Source of the DNA: Hemiscyllium ocellatum
Lineage: Eukaryota
NCBI RefSeq assembly: GCF_020745735.1
Contig: NC_083421.1
Span: 64,533,001 to 64,597,000 of the forward strand
Direction: 5' to 3'
DNA length: 64,000 nucleotides
The stretch's first letter is position 1, and each line of letters opens with the position of its first letter. Position numbers and translations under genes: made by a program. Below are positions 62,901 through 64,000 of the stretch, in pieces. The notes under the pieces were generated by a model. That model was not told where the DNA came from and did not search any database. It was given only the letters and a program-made list of their open reading frames with translations.

Positions 62901-63150
62901 CAGATCTGTACACCTCCAATCCCAGCCTCTCAAGCACTCCCCCAATTCCCTTGCATGTTGGGACACGATTAGTTTGGGATATCTGGCTGGCATGGATGAG
63001 TTGGACCAAAGGGGCTTTTTCCATGCTATACATTTCAACGTCAAATTCTGTTTGTTCAATCTTCCTGTGAATTCTGTTGGCACTTTCTGCACAAGGTTAT
63101 CCTTGGAATAGGAATGCCAGGATTTCCGAGCTGTGGCCGCAGCTGCCTAC

Positions 63151-63226
63151 CTGCGAGTTTTGCTCTGACATGGGGCGAGACCAGCTCCGTCCCAGTGATA
63201 ACTTCTGCTGAACAAACATTCAGGAG
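63151..63226 (-). CDS. SURF1: Probable SURF1 exon 2 (poorly conserved presequence region)
   Basis: Strong acceptor ctttctgtttcactctcag and donor cag|GTAGGC; 76 nt open as LLNVCSAEVITGTELVSPHVRAKLA; phase 0 to 1 as expected; no recognisable homology. Confidence 0.55.
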
Positions 63227-63804
63227 CTGAGAGTGAAACAGAAAGCAAAGATTATAAAAGGCTTACCCCTGATACTTCCCACAGGCCTCACTGATCCAAC
63301 AGCCAACTTTCAATGTGAACTCACAGTTTAATAGAATCAGCTCAGGAGACCATTCAGCCCATTCTAATAAAGCCAGACCTTTAGAGAGAATTACCTCATT
63401 ACAAAACACATGTGAACAGAATGAAATATTCATCTCTGCACGATTCTAGAAATTAGAGACAGATTGGCTTTTGGATCAATGGCTGGAGGTACTGGAAGCT
63501 GCAAAGGCTATTGACAACATTCTGACAATAGTACTGATGACGCGTGCTCCCGAACTTGCCGCTCCTTGAGCCAAGCTGTTCTAGCACAGTCACAACATTG
63601 GTGCCTCCCTGACAATGTGGTAAATTGCCCAGATATGTCCTGTACACACAAAGCTGGACAAATCCAACCCGGCCAACTACAGCCCCATCAGTCTACACTT
63701 GGTAATTAATAAAATCAACGGAAGGGATCAACAGCAGTGCTATCAAGCAACATTTACAAGGGCAGAAACTGCTAGAGAAACTCAGCAGGTCTGGCAGCAT
63801 CTCA

Positions 63805-64000
63805 GAGTCATAGAGATGTACAGCATGGAAACAGACCCTTCGGTCCAACTTGTCCATGCCGACCAGATATCCCAACCCAAACTAGTCCCACCTGCCAGCA
63901 CCCAGCCCATATCCCTCCAAACCCTTCCTATTCATATACATATCCAAATGCCTCTTAAATGTTGCAATTGTACCAGCCTCCACCACATCCTCTGGCAGCT
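63805..64000 (-). mobile_element. HER1/CR1 LINE 3' end
   Basis: Reverse complement of the tail at 36935-37125. Confidence 0.8.

Overview
This is eukaryotic vertebrate genomic DNA, almost certainly a shark or other elasmobranch, judged from HE1-type tRNA SINEs, HER1/CR1 LINEs, Penelope-like elements and shark-type minisatellites. The window covers part of the Surfeit locus. The gene order is PIERCE1/C9orf116 (+, 3 exons, 634-7710), then MED22/SURF5 (-, with a short YYSSRYK isoform and a long isoform, CDS 15685-31327, promoter near 33.9 kb), then DNLZ (-, 3 exons, 37597-44850), then RPL7A/SURF3 (+, 8 exons, 47454-53596, 266 aa), then SURF1 (-, exons 2-9, 54414-63226; exon 1 is outside the window). 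RPL7A hosts SNORD24 in intron 3 and two SNORD36 copies in introns 5 and 6. All exon phases and GT-AG boundaries were checked by hand. The most notable points are: (1) DNLZ sits between MED22 and RPL7A, which are head-to-head neighbours in mammals; (2) a similar ~30-bp CRE-containing block flanks a Tx1 LINE remnant between the DNLZ and RPL7A promoters; (3) several 100-250-bp Penelope-derived mini-elements have 13-15-bp target-site duplications and minimal hammerhead ribozyme cores, some in sense orientation within or just after genes; (4) a DNLZ-MED22 read-through splice would be in frame. Gene identities rest on recalled protein and RNA motifs, not on database searches.
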